In this document: in pieces, positions 49,689-51,554 of the stretch | Position numbering within the stretch: the stretch's first letter is position 1 | Layout: the number at the start of each line of letters is the position of its first letter | Assembly (NCBI RefSeq): GCF_001194135.2 | Contig: NC_068994.1 | Span: forward strand, 23,770,176-23,821,729 | Direction of reading: 5' to 3' | DNA: 51,554 nucleotides | Origin: Octopus bimaculoides | Taxonomy: Eukaryota | Position numbers and translations under genes: made by a program | The notes under the pieces: model-generated | Database searches by the model: none | What the model was told of the DNA's origin: nothing | Seen by the model: only the letters and a program-made list of their open reading frames with translations

Positions 49689-50850
49689 TTTACCAAAATC
49701 AATGTGCAAATAAATCACCTGATTTATGGATGACTTCAAGCTATATACAAAAAGTCAGAAAGACCTAGATCCTTTGACCTAAACAATCGGTATGGATATT
49801 GAAATGCAGTTTGGGGTAAATAAGTGCGCAGTACTAATTATGAGGAGAGGCAGGAAGATAAATTTTGATGGCATAAAACTACCACAAAACAACATCACGA
49901 GATTGCTGTGGAATAATTAGGAATATAAACACCAACCAGTGCTGTAAGACAATAGGACAATGGATGGAGAAAGTTGAGGGAAAATCTCTAAAGATTACAA
50001 GAGGAGAATTGGGAAGATGTTCGAAAGAAAATTGACGGAAGCATTAAAGCATTAAATATATGGGCTATGTTAGTATTAAGATACCCAGCTTCCTTTCTGG
50101 AAAGGACAAAGGTTGAGCCACAGAACTTGTGTAGAAAAACCTAGCCGGAATAGTAATAGTGAGACATGGTTATAGTTGCAGAAAGGAAGGCTGAAAAGGA
50201 AGACAGAAAGTTTGCTATTTGCAGCGAAAGATCAAACATTGAGGACTAATTGAATAAAAGCCAAGATAGACAAAAACCAGGTTTTTATATAACCTACATT
50301 CTCAATGTAGGTTATATAAATCAAAGGAGGAAAGTATTACTCATATAGTAAGTGAATGTAGTCTGCTGGCACAGAAAAAATACAAAGAAAGAAAGATATG
50401 ACAATCTAGGGAAAATAATCCATGAACTTAGTAAAGTGCTAGAAAGTAAGAAATAAAAGATATTGTGAGATTTTAACATTCAGACTGACAGTGTAATAGA
50501 AGCTAGAACGCCTGATTTAGTAGTAGTTGACAAAGAGAATAGAAAGAGCCATGTAATTGACTTTACAGTCCCAAATGATGAGAAAGTCAATATAAGTTAG
50601 AGAGGTCATGGAAAGTGTAGGTAAAATGTATCGCTGTAATTCTAGGTGCATTAGAAACTAACCATAAAAATTTGAACAGGTGGATAGAGGAAATAGGCAT
50701 AAAATCTAGTTTAGTGCAGTTACAGGAAACAGTGTTATTACGGACAGCCAGGATACTTAGGAAGGTTCTTGGCATCTAATGTTACTTGTTGTAGCCAGAT
50801 GTGAGGAATTTTTCTTTTCAACAGTTTAATCTGTGTTTGCGTATAGGAAA
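49689..50850 (+). mobile_element. R4/Dong-clade element, family C copy 2 (5'-truncated, internally deleted, 3' end intact)
   Basis: YMDDFKLYTK, FGVNKCAVL, FAAKDQTLRT, EARTPDLVVVDKENRKSHVIDFTVPND, SLVQLQETVLLRTARILRKVLGI*. AAC-rich repeats on both sides. Confidence 0.9.
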
Positions 50851-50900
50851 TAACAACAACAGCAGCGGCAGCAACGACGACAACAACAACAACAATAATA

Positions 50901-51112
50901 ATGGTTTCAAATTTTTGCCACAAGGGCAGCAATTTTGGTGAAGGAGATGAGTCAATTGCATCGACCCCAGTGTTCAATTGGTACCTATTTTATCGACTCC
51001 GAGAGGATGAAAGGAAAAGTCGACCGCAGTGGAATTTGAACTTAGAACGTAAGACGGACGAAATACTGTTAAGCATTTTTCTGGCGTGCGAACGATTCTA
51101 CCAGTTCGCCGA
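50901..51112 (-). mobile_element. SINE family 1 (tail variant GGTTTCAAAT)
   Basis: Head, B-box and central domain as in 31373-31582. Confidence 0.88.
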
Positions 51113-51131
51113 CTTAATAATCATAATAATC

Positions 51132-51328
51132 TCTTCTATAGGGATAAGGCTTGGAAGTTTGGAGAAGGGGGCTCGTCGATTACATCGACCCCAGTGCATA
51201 ACTGACAATTATTTCATCGACCCCGAAAGGTTAAAAGACAAAGTCAACCTCGATGGAATTTGAACTTAGAACGTAGCGACAGACGAAATACTGCTAAGCA
51301 TTTCGTCCGGCATGCTAATGATTCTGCC
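51132..51328 (-). mobile_element. SINE family 1 (tail variant TCTATAGG)
   Basis: Head, B-box and central domain as in 31373-31582. Confidence 0.88.
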
Positions 51329-51342
51329 ATAATAATGATAAT

Positions 51343-51480
51343 GGTTTCAAATCTTGGCACCAGGTTTGTAACTTCGGGTGAGATGGTAAGTCGATTACAA
51401 CGACCCCTGCAATCAACTGGTACTTATTTTATCGATTCCGAAAGAATGAAGGGTAAAGTCGACCATGGAGGAATTTGAAT
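51343..51480 (-). mobile_element. SINE family 1, head truncated (tail variant GGTTTCAAAT)
   Basis: Central domain and tail are present, and the copy ends at the B-box. Confidence 0.85.
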
Positions 51481-51554
51481 AATAATCTGTCATGTTTCTG
51501 ACCTAAAACCATGTTGATTTATTTTGTGTTCTCTCCCCTATTTCTCCCTCTCTC

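Overview
AT-rich, microsatellite-dense animal genomic DNA with scaffold N-gaps. The SINE families and repeat load look like a coleoid cephalopod, probably Octopus (inference from memory; no search was run). I found no intact host protein-coding gene, tRNA, rRNA or CRISPR array. The window is mostly decayed transposable elements. At least ten fragments of R4/Dong-clade non-LTR retrotransposons (RT plus restriction-like endonuclease) from several lineages lie mostly on the + strand next to (AAT)n or (AAC)n arrays, including a roughly 7.7 kb head-to-tail pile at the window start. Also present: L1/Tx1-like ORF1 and ORF2 remnants, RTE remnants, a Hero-like 3' end, several tRNA-derived SINE families, Tigger, mariner and Chapaev3 DNA transposons, a hAT-type MITE and a solo-LTR-like unit. 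The best leads are a 717-bp fold-back palindrome, two R4 copies 23 kb apart that share the same stop codon and frameshift, a SINE lying antiparallel to R4 in the same AAT arrays, a partial HDV-like ribozyme fold at an R4 5' end, and hammerhead-core motifs in non-canonical order in the Hero 3' UTR. All alignments and folds were done by eye. Most boundaries are approximate to tens of bases, except where TIRs, TSDs or stems are quoted.
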